Source of the DNA: a virus | Length of the DNA stretch: 64,000 nt | Reading direction: 5' to 3' (one strand) | IMG/VR virus record: IMGVR_UViG_3300030098_002071 | Coordinates: 1-64,000 of that record | Shown here: positions 26,800 through 36,700 of the stretch, piece after piece | Layout of the letters: every line of letters begins with the position of its first letter | How positions within the stretch are numbered: the first letter of the stretch is position 1 | Notes under the pieces: model-generated | Told to the model about the DNA's origin: nothing | What the model saw: the letters and a program-made list of their open reading frames with translations, nothing else | Database searches by the model: none | Program-made: the position numbers and the translations under genes

Positions 26800-27084
26800 A
26801 TGACACCAGAAGCAAAAATAAAACATCAAGTTTACAAAGTATTGCGTAAAAACAATGCTTATTATTTTTCGCCTATCATGAATGGATATGGTAAATCAGG
26901 TGTACCTGACATAATTGTGTGTTATAATGGGAAGTTTGTAGGTATTGAATGCAAGGTCGGTAAGAAGAAACCTACAGAGTTACAACAAAAAAATTTAAAT
27001 GAAATTGAGTCATCAGGAGGGCATACGCTAGTAATTAACGAAAACAATATATTAGCGGTGCAGGATTTACTTAATAAAATGTAA
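26800..27084 (+). CDS. VRR-NUC family nuclease (Holliday junction resolvase-like)
   Basis: MTPEAKIK, GVPDII, GIECK, PTELQ motifs. Confidence 0.85.
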   Translation: MTPEAKIKHQVYKVLRKNNAYYFSPIMNGYGKSGVPDIIVCYNGKFVGIECKVGKKKPTELQQKNLNEIESSGGHTLVINENNILAVQDLLNKM

Positions 27085-27139
27085 AGGTTTTCCTGTAGTG
27101 TTTGTGGGTTTTAATTGGTTACCACATACTCTGCAATTC

Positions 27140-27169
27140 CGTATGGGGTCATAATTATGGCTTCATACG
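27140..27169. promoter_or_regulatory. 30-bp palindromic site, copy 6, upstream of DNA polymerase
   Basis: CGTATGGGGTCATAATTATGGCTTCATACG. Confidence 0.75.
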
Positions 27170-27199
27170 GAAACCAGTTCCAACACAGGAGGGTGTATC

Positions 27200-29044
27200 T
27201 TGGACTTAGTTACGTTAGATTTTGAGACTTATTATGATGATAAGTATTCACTATCAAAAATGACTACAGAAGAATATATAAATGACGATAGATTTGAAGC
27301 TATTGGAGTGGCTGCCAAAGTTAATGATGGCGAAACTGTATGGTGCACTGGTAATTTTACTGAGCTTGAAAAATTTTTAATTCCTTTTAATCTACAAAAC
27401 TGTGCTGTCCTAGCACATAACTGTATGTTTGACGCTGCCATACTAAATTGGATTTATGGCATAAAACCTAAACTTTTACTAGATACTTTAAGTATGTCTC
27501 GTGCTTTACGTGGAATTCAAGCAAGGCATAGTTTATCTGCTCTAGCTCAAGAGTTTGAAGTGGGCGAGAAAGGTACTGAAGTTGTAAAAGCAAAAGGCGT
27601 AACTAGAGAAGATTTCTTACGGGACAGAGCCTCGCTTTCTGAGTATGGAGGTTATTGTAAGAATGATGTTGAGCTAACTAAAAAGATATTCGATATTTTG
27701 GGAAAAGGTTTTCCTAGGAAAGAATTAGAGTTAATAGATATAACCTTAAGGATGTTCACAGAACCCGCATTAAAATTAAATACTCTCTTACTAAATGATC
27801 ATTTAGATAAAACTATACAGCACAAGGAAAAGTTACTAGCTGACAGTAAGTATGAAAAAGAAGTTTTAATGAGCAATCCGCAATTCGCAGAGGTACTAAA
27901 AGAATTAGGAGTAGAGCCTCCCACTAAGATATCTCCACGTACAGGAAAAGAGACATTTGCATTTGCCAAAGCAGATAAAGATTTTCAAGCATTGCAAGAG
28001 CATGAAGATTTAAGAGTGCAAACCGTAGTTACAGCTAGACTTGGAGTAAAGTCTACGCTGGAGGAAACTAGAACCAAACGGTTTATAGGTATAGCTGAAA
28101 GAGTAGGGATGTTACCGATTCCATTACGTTACTGTGCCGCACATACTACACGATGGGGTGGGTCAGATAAAATTAATCTGCAGAATTTACCTAGTAGGGG
28201 GGTAAATGCGAATACCTTGAAGAAAGCCATAGTAGCACCTTCGGGTTATTCAGTAATAAATACCGACTCATCCCAAATAGAAGCTAGAACATTGGCTTGG
28301 CTTTCTAAGCAAAATAATTTAGTCAAAGCGTTTAAAGAAAAAGAAGATGTCTACAAGATTATGGCTTCAAAAATATACCAGAAAAGAATTGATAAGATAA
28401 CCAAAGGAGAAAGGTTTATAGGCAAGTCTGTAATTTTGGGTTGTGGCTATGGCATGGGTGCTAAGAAGTTTAAATTATTCATGGAGGTACAAGGAGTAAA
28501 ACTAACAGATAACGAAGCCGAAGCAATTATAGAGACATATAGGGATTTTAATGAAAAAATAGTTGATTTTTGGGGAGGTGTAAATTCCGCATTATACCGA
28601 ATGATATCGAATGATACTAAAACATATGTGGTAGGTAATGGCCTTATAGAATCTAAAGGTTCTGGGTTTGTACTTCCTAGTGGTTTAGTTATACAATATC
28701 CTGATTTAAAAGTAAAAACTGAAGGAGAAGGTAGGGAAAAGAAAAATAGTATGGTATACACATCTCGTATGGGGGACACATACATATACGGAGCTAAGTC
28801 AGTAGAGAATATAACGCAAGGAGTAGCGAGATGCATCATAGGGGAACAGATAATACAGATAGCTAAAAAATACCGTGTGGTATTAACTGTACATGATTCT
28901 GTTATATGTTTAGTCAGAAACGATGAAGTATCACCCGCACTTGATTATATTGAATCCTGTATGAGATGCACCCCTAAGTGGGCTGAAGGATTACCATTGG
29001 ATTGTGAGTCAGGAGTAGGAAGAAGTTATGGCGAATGTGAATAG
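27200..29044 (+). CDS. polA: Family A DNA polymerase with 3'-5' exonuclease
   Basis: Exo LDFET, AHN..FD, YCKND; motif A DSSQIEAR, motif B R..GKSVILGCGYG, motif C VHDS; TTG start behind AGGAGG. Confidence 0.95.
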   Translation: MDLVTLDFETYYDDKYSLSKMTTEEYINDDRFEAIGVAAKVNDGETVWCTGNFTELEKFLIPFNLQNCAVLAHNCMFDAAILNWIYGIKPKLLLDTLSMSRALRGIQARHSLSALAQEFEVGEKGTEVVKAKGVTREDFLRDRASLSEYGGYCKNDVELTKKIFDILGKGFPRKELELIDITLRMFTEPALKLNTLLLNDHLDKTIQHKEKLLADSKYEKEVLMSNPQFAEVLKELGVEPPTKISPRTGKETFAFAKADKDFQALQEHEDLRVQTVVTARLGVKSTLEETRTKRFIGIAERVGMLPIPLRYCAAHTTRWGGSDKINLQNLPSRGVNANTLKKAIVAPSGYSVINTDSSQIEARTLAWLSKQNNLVKAFKEKEDVYKIMASKIYQKRIDKITKGERFIGKSVILGCGYGMGAKKFKLFMEVQGVKLTDNEAEAIIETYRDFNEKIVDFWGGVNSALYRMISNDTKTYVVGNGLIESKGSGFVLPSGLVIQYPDLKVKTEGEGREKKNSMVYTSRMGDTYIYGAKSVENITQGVARCIIGEQIIQIAKKYRVVLTVHDSVICLVRNDEVSPALDYIESCMRCTPKWAEGLPLDCESGVGRSYGECE

Positions 29045-29705
29045 TTGGTCTTACAGTAGTATCAGTCTCTTTAAGCAATGTCCTAAAAAATACTATCATT
29101 TAAAAGTAATAAAAGACATTAAGGAGCCTAGATCGCCAGCAATGCTGTACGGTAATAAAGTCCATAAGGCGGCTGAAGAGTACGTAGCAAATAATGTAGG
29201 AATACCAAAGCCTTTTAGCTACATAAAGAAATCAATAGATGCTGTTTTAGATAATTTTGAAGGAGAGCGACATTGTGAGTTACGGTTAGGACTTACTGAA
29301 GATTTAGATCCCTGTTCTTTTTATGCCGAAGATGTTTGGTACAGGGGGATTGTAGATTTACTTATAATAAATGAGGAAAAAAACAATGGGCTTATTGTTG
29401 ATTACAAAACAGGTAAGCGTCCTGATAAAGCTGATACAGATCAATTAGAACTTATGTCTTTGGCTGTGTTCAGACACTACCCACATATCAAGAACATAAA
29501 AGCAGGGCTAATGTTTTTAGTTAAAGATACTTTAATTAAAGCTAAATATTCTAGTGACCAACAGGACGATTTGTGGGTAAAATGGAAAGAAGATATAGAT
29601 AATTTAAACACTTGTTATGCCAATGGGGTATGGAACGCTATGCAGAACTTTACGTGTAGTAAATGGTGTCCTGTAACCGATTGCGTTTACAACGGGAAAT
29701 TTTAA
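29028..29705 (+). CDS. PD-(D/E)XK exonuclease (Cas4/RecB-like)
   Basis: WSYS...CP, G...H, GIVD, VDYKTG, QL..M, C..CP..DC. Confidence 0.85.
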   Translation: MANVNSWSYSSISLFKQCPKKYYHLKVIKDIKEPRSPAMLYGNKVHKAAEEYVANNVGIPKPFSYIKKSIDAVLDNFEGERHCELRLGLTEDLDPCSFYAEDVWYRGIVDLLIINEEKNNGLIVDYKTGKRPDKADTDQLELMSLAVFRHYPHIKNIKAGLMFLVKDTLIKAKYSSDQQDDLWVKWKEDIDNLNTCYANGVWNAMQNFTCSKWCPVTDCVYNGKF

Positions 29706-29706
29706 T

Positions 29707-29964
29707 ATGCCATATGTAAATAAACCAAGACCTTATAAGAAAGAATATCAACAACAAAAAGAACGTAATGAGCACGAAAGAAGAATGAAACGCCAAAAAA
29801 ATAGAAGAGATTTAGATAAAAAAGGCGTGAATAGAAAAGGCAAAGACATAGACCATAAAAAACCTCTATCAAGAGGTGGTAGTAACAGCCCTAAAAATCT
29901 ACGTCTAATTAGTAGCAAAAAGAATAGAAAGTTTAAAAGAAGGTCGGATCATAAACCCGCATAA
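29707..29964 (+). CDS. Small HNH endonuclease-like protein
   Basis: DIDHKKPLSRGGSN...NL......NR. Confidence 0.8.
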   Translation: MPYVNKPRPYKKEYQQQKERNEHERRMKRQKNRRDLDKKGVNRKGKDIDHKKPLSRGGSNSPKNLRLISSKKNRKFKRRSDHKPA

Positions 29965-29979
29965 AACTTAGGAGGTTAA

Positions 29980-31533
29980 GTGGATATAGTAGAGAATAAA
30001 GCGTTACTTTTAAGGCTTAGAAATCCTGCGTTGGTGTTAGATCAAGTATCTAAGTCTAAGTTATACAAAAAATCTAATAGTAAAGGTATTAGTGAAGTTT
30101 TAGTTTATTGGGGCATAAAAGAATCTCAACAACTTACTGAAATAGGTGTTCAGAATGTGCCTTCACCTATAAAAACTAATTATGAGTGGTCGGGTAGATT
30201 TAAACCTTTTGACCACCAGATAGAGACATCTTCATTTCTTACACTACATAAACGGGCCTGTTGCTTTAATGAACAGGGTACAGGTAAGACTGCATCCGTT
30301 ATTTGGGCGGCTGATTACCTAATGAAGCTAGGGTTAGTAAATAGGGTATTAGTTATATGTCCACTATCCATTATGCAATCTGCTTGGATGGAAGATTTGT
30401 TTTCCTGTGCTATGCACAGAACAGCCGCAGTCTGTCACGGTAGGCGAAATAAAAGGGTAGAGGTTGTTGAGTCTGAAGCGGAATTTGTAATTATTAATTA
30501 CGATGGCGTGGAGATAGTAAGAGATGAAATTAAAGATGGCGGGTTTGATTTAATAGTAGTTGACGAGGCTAACGCATATAAGAATGTGTCAACTAAACGG
30601 TGGAAAGTATTACGATCTTTAATAACAGACTCGACAAGATTATGGATGCTTACAGGTACACCTGCATCTCAAAGTCCTGTAGACGCTTACGGGTTAGCTA
30701 AATTAGTTAACCCTACAAATGTACCTAGATTTTTGGGTAGATGGCGAGAAATGGTAATGCGTAAGGTTACACAATTTAAATATATACCTAGAATTGAAGC
30801 TAAAGGATTAGTTTATAAGGCGTTACAACCAGCTATAAGATATACGAAAGAGGAGTGTTTAGATCTACCTGCTATAACTTATGTTACTAGGGATGTAGCT
30901 TTAACTGCACAACAAAATAAATATTATAAGCTAATGAAACAACGACTTATAGTTAATGCCGCAGGGGAAGATATAACAATGGTTAATGCCGCTGCCGCAA
31001 TGAATAAGTTACTACAGTTATCTGGCGGCACTGTGTATTCCGATGAGGGAGAAATAATTACTTTTGATGCCTCCCCTCGCATAAAAGTATTAGATGAGAT
31101 AATAGAAGAGTCATCCCACAAGTTAATTATATTTGTGCCATATAGACACGCCATATTAACTGTATCAGAACACTTAGAAAAATCAGGAATTACCTCCGAA
31201 ATTATAAACGGTGCAGTCAGTGCATCAAAAAGAGCTGATATATTTAAAAGGTTTCAAGAAAAAGAAGACCCCGAAGTTTTAGTTATACAACCTCAAGCCG
31301 CATCACATGGCGTAACTTTGCATCGTGCGGATACAGTCGTGTATTGGAGTCCTGTCATGTCTGTAGAGACTTACCTTCAGTGTAATGCTAGGGCTCATAG
31401 GGCAGGACAAAGAAATCCTGTTACTGTTATTCACCTACAGGGCAGTGAAGTTGAGAGGAAAGTATACAAAATGCTCCAAGATAAAATAGATATCCATTCA
31501 AATATTGTAAACTTATATAAAGATGTGTTATGA
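29980..31533 (+). CDS. SNF2-type superfamily 2 helicase
   Basis: EQGTGKT, VVDEA, LTGTP, HGVTL, Q..ARAHRAGQ. Confidence 0.9.
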   Translation: MDIVENKALLLRLRNPALVLDQVSKSKLYKKSNSKGISEVLVYWGIKESQQLTEIGVQNVPSPIKTNYEWSGRFKPFDHQIETSSFLTLHKRACCFNEQGTGKTASVIWAADYLMKLGLVNRVLVICPLSIMQSAWMEDLFSCAMHRTAAVCHGRRNKRVEVVESEAEFVIINYDGVEIVRDEIKDGGFDLIVVDEANAYKNVSTKRWKVLRSLITDSTRLWMLTGTPASQSPVDAYGLAKLVNPTNVPRFLGRWREMVMRKVTQFKYIPRIEAKGLVYKALQPAIRYTKEECLDLPAITYVTRDVALTAQQNKYYKLMKQRLIVNAAGEDITMVNAAAAMNKLLQLSGGTVYSDEGEIITFDASPRIKVLDEIIEESSHKLIIFVPYRHAILTVSEHLEKSGITSEIINGAVSASKRADIFKRFQEKEDPEVLVIQPQAASHGVTLHRADTVVYWSPVMSVETYLQCNARAHRAGQRNPVTVIHLQGSEVERKVYKMLQDKIDIHSNIVNLYKDVL

Positions 31534-31593
31534 TTGAATTTGTAGTATCAAATAATAATAATATGCAGTTATATGTCACAAAATATATAGGAG

Positions 31594-32001
31594 ATGGTAA
31601 TGGAAAAATCTGGAGTTTCTGCTGATGGACTTGTTAAGGCGTATGTCAATATACGTTCTAAACGGGAAGAACTGTCTAAAGAATATGATAGTAAAGACAG
31701 TGAATTAGCTTCTCAATTAAATTTAATTAAGGAAGAGTTGTTAAAGTTGTGTGCCTCTATTGATGCAGATAGCATCAAGACAGGTAGTGGGACAATTACT
31801 CGTACCGTAAAGACTAAGTATATGACTACTGATTGGGAGTCTGTGTATGAGTTTATTAAAAAGAATGACGCAGTGGAGATATTAGAGAAGCGAATACATC
31901 AAGGTAATCTTAGGTCACTGATAGAAGAGAACCCTGATTTATTGCCTAAAGGTATGAACTGCCTTAGAGAATATGCAATTACAGTTAGGAGATCAAGATA
32001 A
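31594..32001 (+). CDS. Conserved coiled-coil replication-module protein
   Basis: Y..IR, SIKT..GT, DW...Y.FI, LEKRI.Q motifs. Confidence 0.7.
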   Translation: MVMEKSGVSADGLVKAYVNIRSKREELSKEYDSKDSELASQLNLIKEELLKLCASIDADSIKTGSGTITRTVKTKYMTTDWESVYEFIKKNDAVEILEKRIHQGNLRSLIEENPDLLPKGMNCLREYAITVRRSR

Positions 32002-32264
32002 TGACTACGGTTTATGAAGCAAAGCAGGATGACACCCAAATGGTTACGATTGTACAGGTGGCTAAGTATCTAAACGTGAGTGTTAATACCATTAGAAGTC
32101 TTATAAGGAAAAATCAACTCCCTTTTGTAGTTGTAGGGGGAGCCTATAGATTTGACTTAGATGAAATTAAAAAAACTTTGAAGGATACTACGCCAGACAA
32201 TCATAAAAATATATCCAGACGAGGTGATTTAAAATCAAATGAAGAAGATATTACTGAAGAATAG
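32001..32264 (+). CDS. Excisionase-like helix-turn-helix protein
   Basis: TIVQVAKYLNVSVNTIRSLIR...LP...VGGAYRF. Confidence 0.8.
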   Translation: MTTVYEAKQDDTQMVTIVQVAKYLNVSVNTIRSLIRKNQLPFVVVGGAYRFDLDEIKKTLKDTTPDNHKNISRRGDLKSNEEDITEE

Positions 32265-32874
32265 TAAATTTTCTATTTCTGAAAATGGGGAGTACGCTCC
32301 TGATAATTCTGCTGGTATTCATAAGTGGTTGATAGTTGGAGTTTCAGATACTATGCATAGGACATGGTTTGCAAAAAAGATGGATTACGCAGATTCGCCT
32401 GATTGTTGGAGTAGTGATGGTGTCAAACCAGACGCAGATGTAGATGATGCTCCTAGTGATTCTTGTAAAAAATGCAAGTATGATATAAAAGGGTCAGGAA
32501 ATCACAATTCTAAAGCCTGTAAGTACAGCATAAGGTTAGCCGTAATGCTAGAGGGGGATACAGATTATAATTTATACCAAGTTATACTATCTTCTGCCTC
32601 TATATTTGGGGAAGGCAGTATAGGAAAACATCCCTATAATGCTTACGTGAAACACTTGAAGAAGTATAAGTTAGGCGTTACACATGTAGTAACAGAAGTT
32701 AGATTTGATGAGGAGCATTATACTCCTAGAGTTTTGTTTCGTCCTTTACGGGCGGTAACTGAGGAAGAGTATAACACTGTCTCCACGAAAGGCAGTGAAA
32801 CAAAAGATTTAACAAAATTAGTAGTTGAAAAGAATACTGATATGCAGTTTACGAAAATTGTAGATCATGTATAA
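32239..32874 (+). CDS. Cys-containing putative ssDNA-binding/recombination protein
   Basis: PDCWSSDG..PD, C..C...KGSG....KAC, VVTE.RFD motifs. Confidence 0.6.
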   Translation: MKKILLKNSKFSISENGEYAPDNSAGIHKWLIVGVSDTMHRTWFAKKMDYADSPDCWSSDGVKPDADVDDAPSDSCKKCKYDIKGSGNHNSKACKYSIRLAVMLEGDTDYNLYQVILSSASIFGEGSIGKHPYNAYVKHLKKYKLGVTHVVTEVRFDEEHYTPRVLFRPLRAVTEEEYNTVSTKGSETKDLTKLVVEKNTDMQFTKIVDHV

Positions 32875-32908
32875 AACCAAAATTTAAATTAAACATAGGA
32901 GATGTATT

Positions 32909-33475
32909 ATGGCAGAAGCCAAAAAATTACTATCTGAGCCTCGTAACTTTCGCATGAATAATGTGGAGCTTAATTGGCCTAAGTTGGTAAAAGCTGTTAA
33001 TCCTTTTGGGACAGAACAGTGGGAGTTACAAATTGCTACTACTGATAAAAAGGTAGCAGACGAATGGGAGAATAATTATTTTAAGGTTAAGTTTGACAAA
33101 GAGGGTAAAAAGTACACAGTCAATCTTAAACGAAAGGTATATAGGGCTGACGGCAGTGAGAATAAACCTGTACGGGTGGTCGATGCTTCAGTTAAACCAA
33201 TAGATGCTACTAATTTAGGTAATGGTTCTATGGGTAACGTATTGGTTTATCAATATCCTTACGAAACTGCAGGGCGTACTGGAGTAGCAGCATCATTAAC
33301 AGCAGTCCAAGTAATTAAGTTTGAGGAGTATACGGGTGGGGGAGAAGACTTTGAAGTTGTAGATACGTCTGATGCCCTAGATGAACCTACTAAACGTCCT
33401 AGTAAAAAAGATAAAACTCCACCGAAGAATGTGGGGGATGTAGTAAAAGATTGGTCTCAAGAGTCTGACGACTAA
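32909..33475 (+). CDS. Single-stranded DNA-binding protein (T7 gp2.5-like)
   Basis: P.VVDA, GNGS.GNV, L.AVQV....EY, acidic tail. Confidence 0.75.
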   Translation: MAEAKKLLSEPRNFRMNNVELNWPKLVKAVNPFGTEQWELQIATTDKKVADEWENNYFKVKFDKEGKKYTVNLKRKVYRADGSENKPVRVVDASVKPIDATNLGNGSMGNVLVYQYPYETAGRTGVAASLTAVQVIKFEEYTGGGEDFEVVDTSDALDEPTKRPSKKDKTPPKNVGDVVKDWSQESDD

Positions 33476-33574
33476 CATTTTGTTTTTTGAGATGGGAGCT
33501 TTGGGTAAGTTTTTTCTACCTCTTACTTTCGTGGCTTACTTAGAGCTCTCAACTCATTTATTTAGGGGGGTTAC

Positions 33575-33784
33575 ATGGCATATTCTAGGAGAAGTTTAGG
33601 AGAACGTTTAGGAGATTGTTGCGTTCGTTTGAAAATAACAGCTACTGATATATCTATATTGTTAAATGTATCTAGGCCAACACTATCATCTTGGTTTGAG
33701 GGGACTACTTCACCGACACAAGATATACATATTCATAAAGTTAAAATTCTATTGGCTATGTTAGATAGAGCAGAAAACAGATAA
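33575..33784 (+). CDS. XRE-like helix-turn-helix protein
   Basis: IS.LLNVSRPTLSSWFEG...P. Confidence 0.75.
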   Translation: MAYSRRSLGERLGDCCVRLKITATDISILLNVSRPTLSSWFEGTTSPTQDIHIHKVKILLAMLDRAENR

Positions 33785-33795
33785 AGGCGGTTGTT

Positions 33796-36700
33796 ATGGA
33801 CTCTGAAGAATTTTTAAATCATGTGTTACCTGATAATAATGGGGACATATGCTATAACCTGACCTGTATAGGTAAAGGCACTAAACAATATTTTTACGAC
33901 ACTATAGAGGAAGCGGCAAAGCAAGCGTTGGTTTTTAGTGAGGAAGAACTAGACGTATATTATGGATTTGCAGGTTTTGATGTAGAGGTCTTAGAAAGAT
34001 ATAAGAAAGGTGAGCGAAAGAATTTAAGGACAGCTGATAATGCTAAATTATTTAAATGTCTTGCATTAGATATAGATGTAGATGAAAGCGGCTCAAAAAT
34101 TAATACATATGAGAGCTTAGAAAAAGCAGGGGAAGCACTAAACAAATTTATTACCAATAATAATTTACCGATGCCTTTGATTGTATGTTCGGGGCGTGGG
34201 CTACACGTTTATCAAGTTTTTACCAACGCAATCCCCCACGACAAGTGGCACAAACTAGCTACTGCGTACAAAAACCTAGCTATAGAACAGAATCTAATAA
34301 TAGACCCGTCTGTAACTGCAGATGCGGCTCGTATACTAAGAGTAGTTGGGACTTTTAATAACAAGGGAGAAGTAGGTGTTCCAGTTATTGTATTAAATGA
34401 AGGGGATGATCCGAGAGCATACACATACTGGAGAAATAAATTAAATACAAGCAGTGCGGAAACAGTAGTAGAAGAAACTCCTTCAGAACCTAGTGATGCA
34501 CCTTTAGTGGCTCATAATATTATAGGGCGTAAGGATGATGAACTTTCCTCTACTGTTAAATATAGTTGGAAGATAATAAAAGAGAGTAGAAACTGTCAGC
34601 AAATAAATTTCATGTACGACCACAAAAATGAGGTATCAGAACCTCTCTGGAGATGTGGTACAGGGGTAGCAACATTTTGTATAGACAGAGATTTTGCGAT
34701 ACATGATTTATCTAAAGGGTATGAAGGGTACGATCCAGAGGAGACTAAGAAGAAAGCAGATGGGATTAAGTACGGCCCCATCTCTTGCTTAGAGTTTGAA
34801 AAACAAAACCCAAACGGGTGTAAGGGATGTGAGTTTAAGTCAAGAAAAGGTAGTAAAGGCCCACTTAAAAGCCCCATTCTTTTAGGGGCGACAGTAGAGC
34901 AAGTTGCTTCTGAGGAGCGTGTTGTACTCGATAAAGACACAGGTATAGAGAAAAAAATATCAATGCCTAAGGATTTACCAGATGGGTATATTAGGAGTGA
35001 GAAAGGCATATTTAAAATACGTGAAGGTGACTTACCTCCTTTAGCTATATATCCTGATGATTTCTGGGTGCAGGAACGTCTGTATAGTCGGGTTGATGGT
35101 CATATGATTAGTTTAGTTCATATATTCCCGCACAAAAATGATGGTATAGAGCAATGGGTTATGCCTTATGATTTTAAGAGCCATGTTAGTGAGTTAAGTA
35201 AACATGGAATAGTGATGGCTACTAAAAAAGAAGAAAACTATATTATGGAATATATAGCAGCTTGGATTAATAAATTAAAAACAGAAAGAGCATATGGACA
35301 AGCGTATGTCCAGATGGGTTGGCAGGATGGGCAAGTTATCGAGGGGTCTAGTGATAATGAAATAGAATTTCATACCTCGTTTATTTTAGGTAGGAGAAAG
35401 TTTACAGCAGGGGGAGTTGCGGAGTTACCTTTTGAAGAAGGCATTGGTAAATTAATTAGTGGTGGAGAAAATTCTATTATTGAGGATGATTACATAAAGA
35501 ATGCTACAAATGTACAGGTTGCATCTATATCATCTACTTTAGAACAGACAGCTAGAGCTTTTCCTAAGAAAGGTAGCTTGGAGAAATGGACTAAAGCTAT
35601 TCAGCAGTTATACTCAAGGGATCGGACAGGGCTAAAAGCAGGGGAAGAGGACGGGGAAGAGACTAAACGTTTTGTCATGGGTTATGGTCTAGCTAGTCCT
35701 TTATTTAAATTTACTCCTATTCGTTCTGCTCTATTACACATGGTATCCGGTACTACTGGAAGTGGTAAGACTAGCACGTTGAGAGCTGTTGCTTCTATAT
35801 GGGGACACCCAAAGGATGCGTTGAGTCAAGGTGGGGATACTACTTTTAGTTGGTTCCAAAAGCTAGGCGAGTTTAATAGTGTGCCGTTCTTTATAGACGA
35901 GATAACTGAAATGAACCCTAAAGCAATGTCTCAGCTTATATACAGTCTGTCACATGGTAAAGGACGAGACAGGATGGAAGGTAGCACCAATAGGCTGAGA
36001 GTAAATGAAACCACTTGGTGTACTGGAGTTATTACAACTGCTAATACAGAAGTTTCTTCTGTGTTAAAGAGTATGAAAAATAGGCCAGAAGCAGAATTGG
36101 CTAGGATGTTAGAGATACCTGTAATCGATAATGATTTAACTCTACAAGAAAACACTAAACTAGTAAGTAGTCTAGATCATAATCACGGTCTTGCGGCAGA
36201 AAAATTTATACCTTGGGTTCTTGCTAACCAAGTAGAGTGTGAACGAATTGTCTCAGAAGTTACTGAAAAGATCGTTAAAGAATGTAATCTGGATAAGCGG
36301 CATCGTTTTAAAGCTGCTATGGGTGGTGTTGCTATTGCAGGACTACTGATAGGTAATAAACTAGGGATATGGGATTTTGAAGTAAAAAGCACTTTCCAGT
36401 GGTTCGTTAATATGTTGCTTAGTAACAAAGAAGATGAGGGTACTGATAGGGATAGAGAGACGAGATCACAAGAAGATTGTTTAAGTATTTTAGGTGAGTT
36501 TTTTAACGAGCATAGACCCAATACATTACAAGTAGATGATTCAGATGATTATACAGACGGATTGAAAGAACTGATAAACGTGGGAGGGAAGAGATTGCGA
36601 CCGGAGGCGTTATATATAAGAGATGAGGTACATAGCAAACAGATTGTCGTCATTAGGTCTCGGTTATTAAATTGGTGTAATGAAAACGCTGTACAATTTA

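Noticed and set aside
29028-29705. cas4 as part of a CRISPR system
   Set aside because: Stand-alone PD-(D/E)XK exonuclease in the usual polymerase-helicase context.
29707-29964. Mobile homing endonuclease or intron
   Set aside because: Small free-standing HNH; neighbouring genes are intact and uninterrupted.
32001-32264. Evidence for an integrated prophage
   Set aside because: Excisionase-like HTH only; no integrase, att site or host genes in the window.
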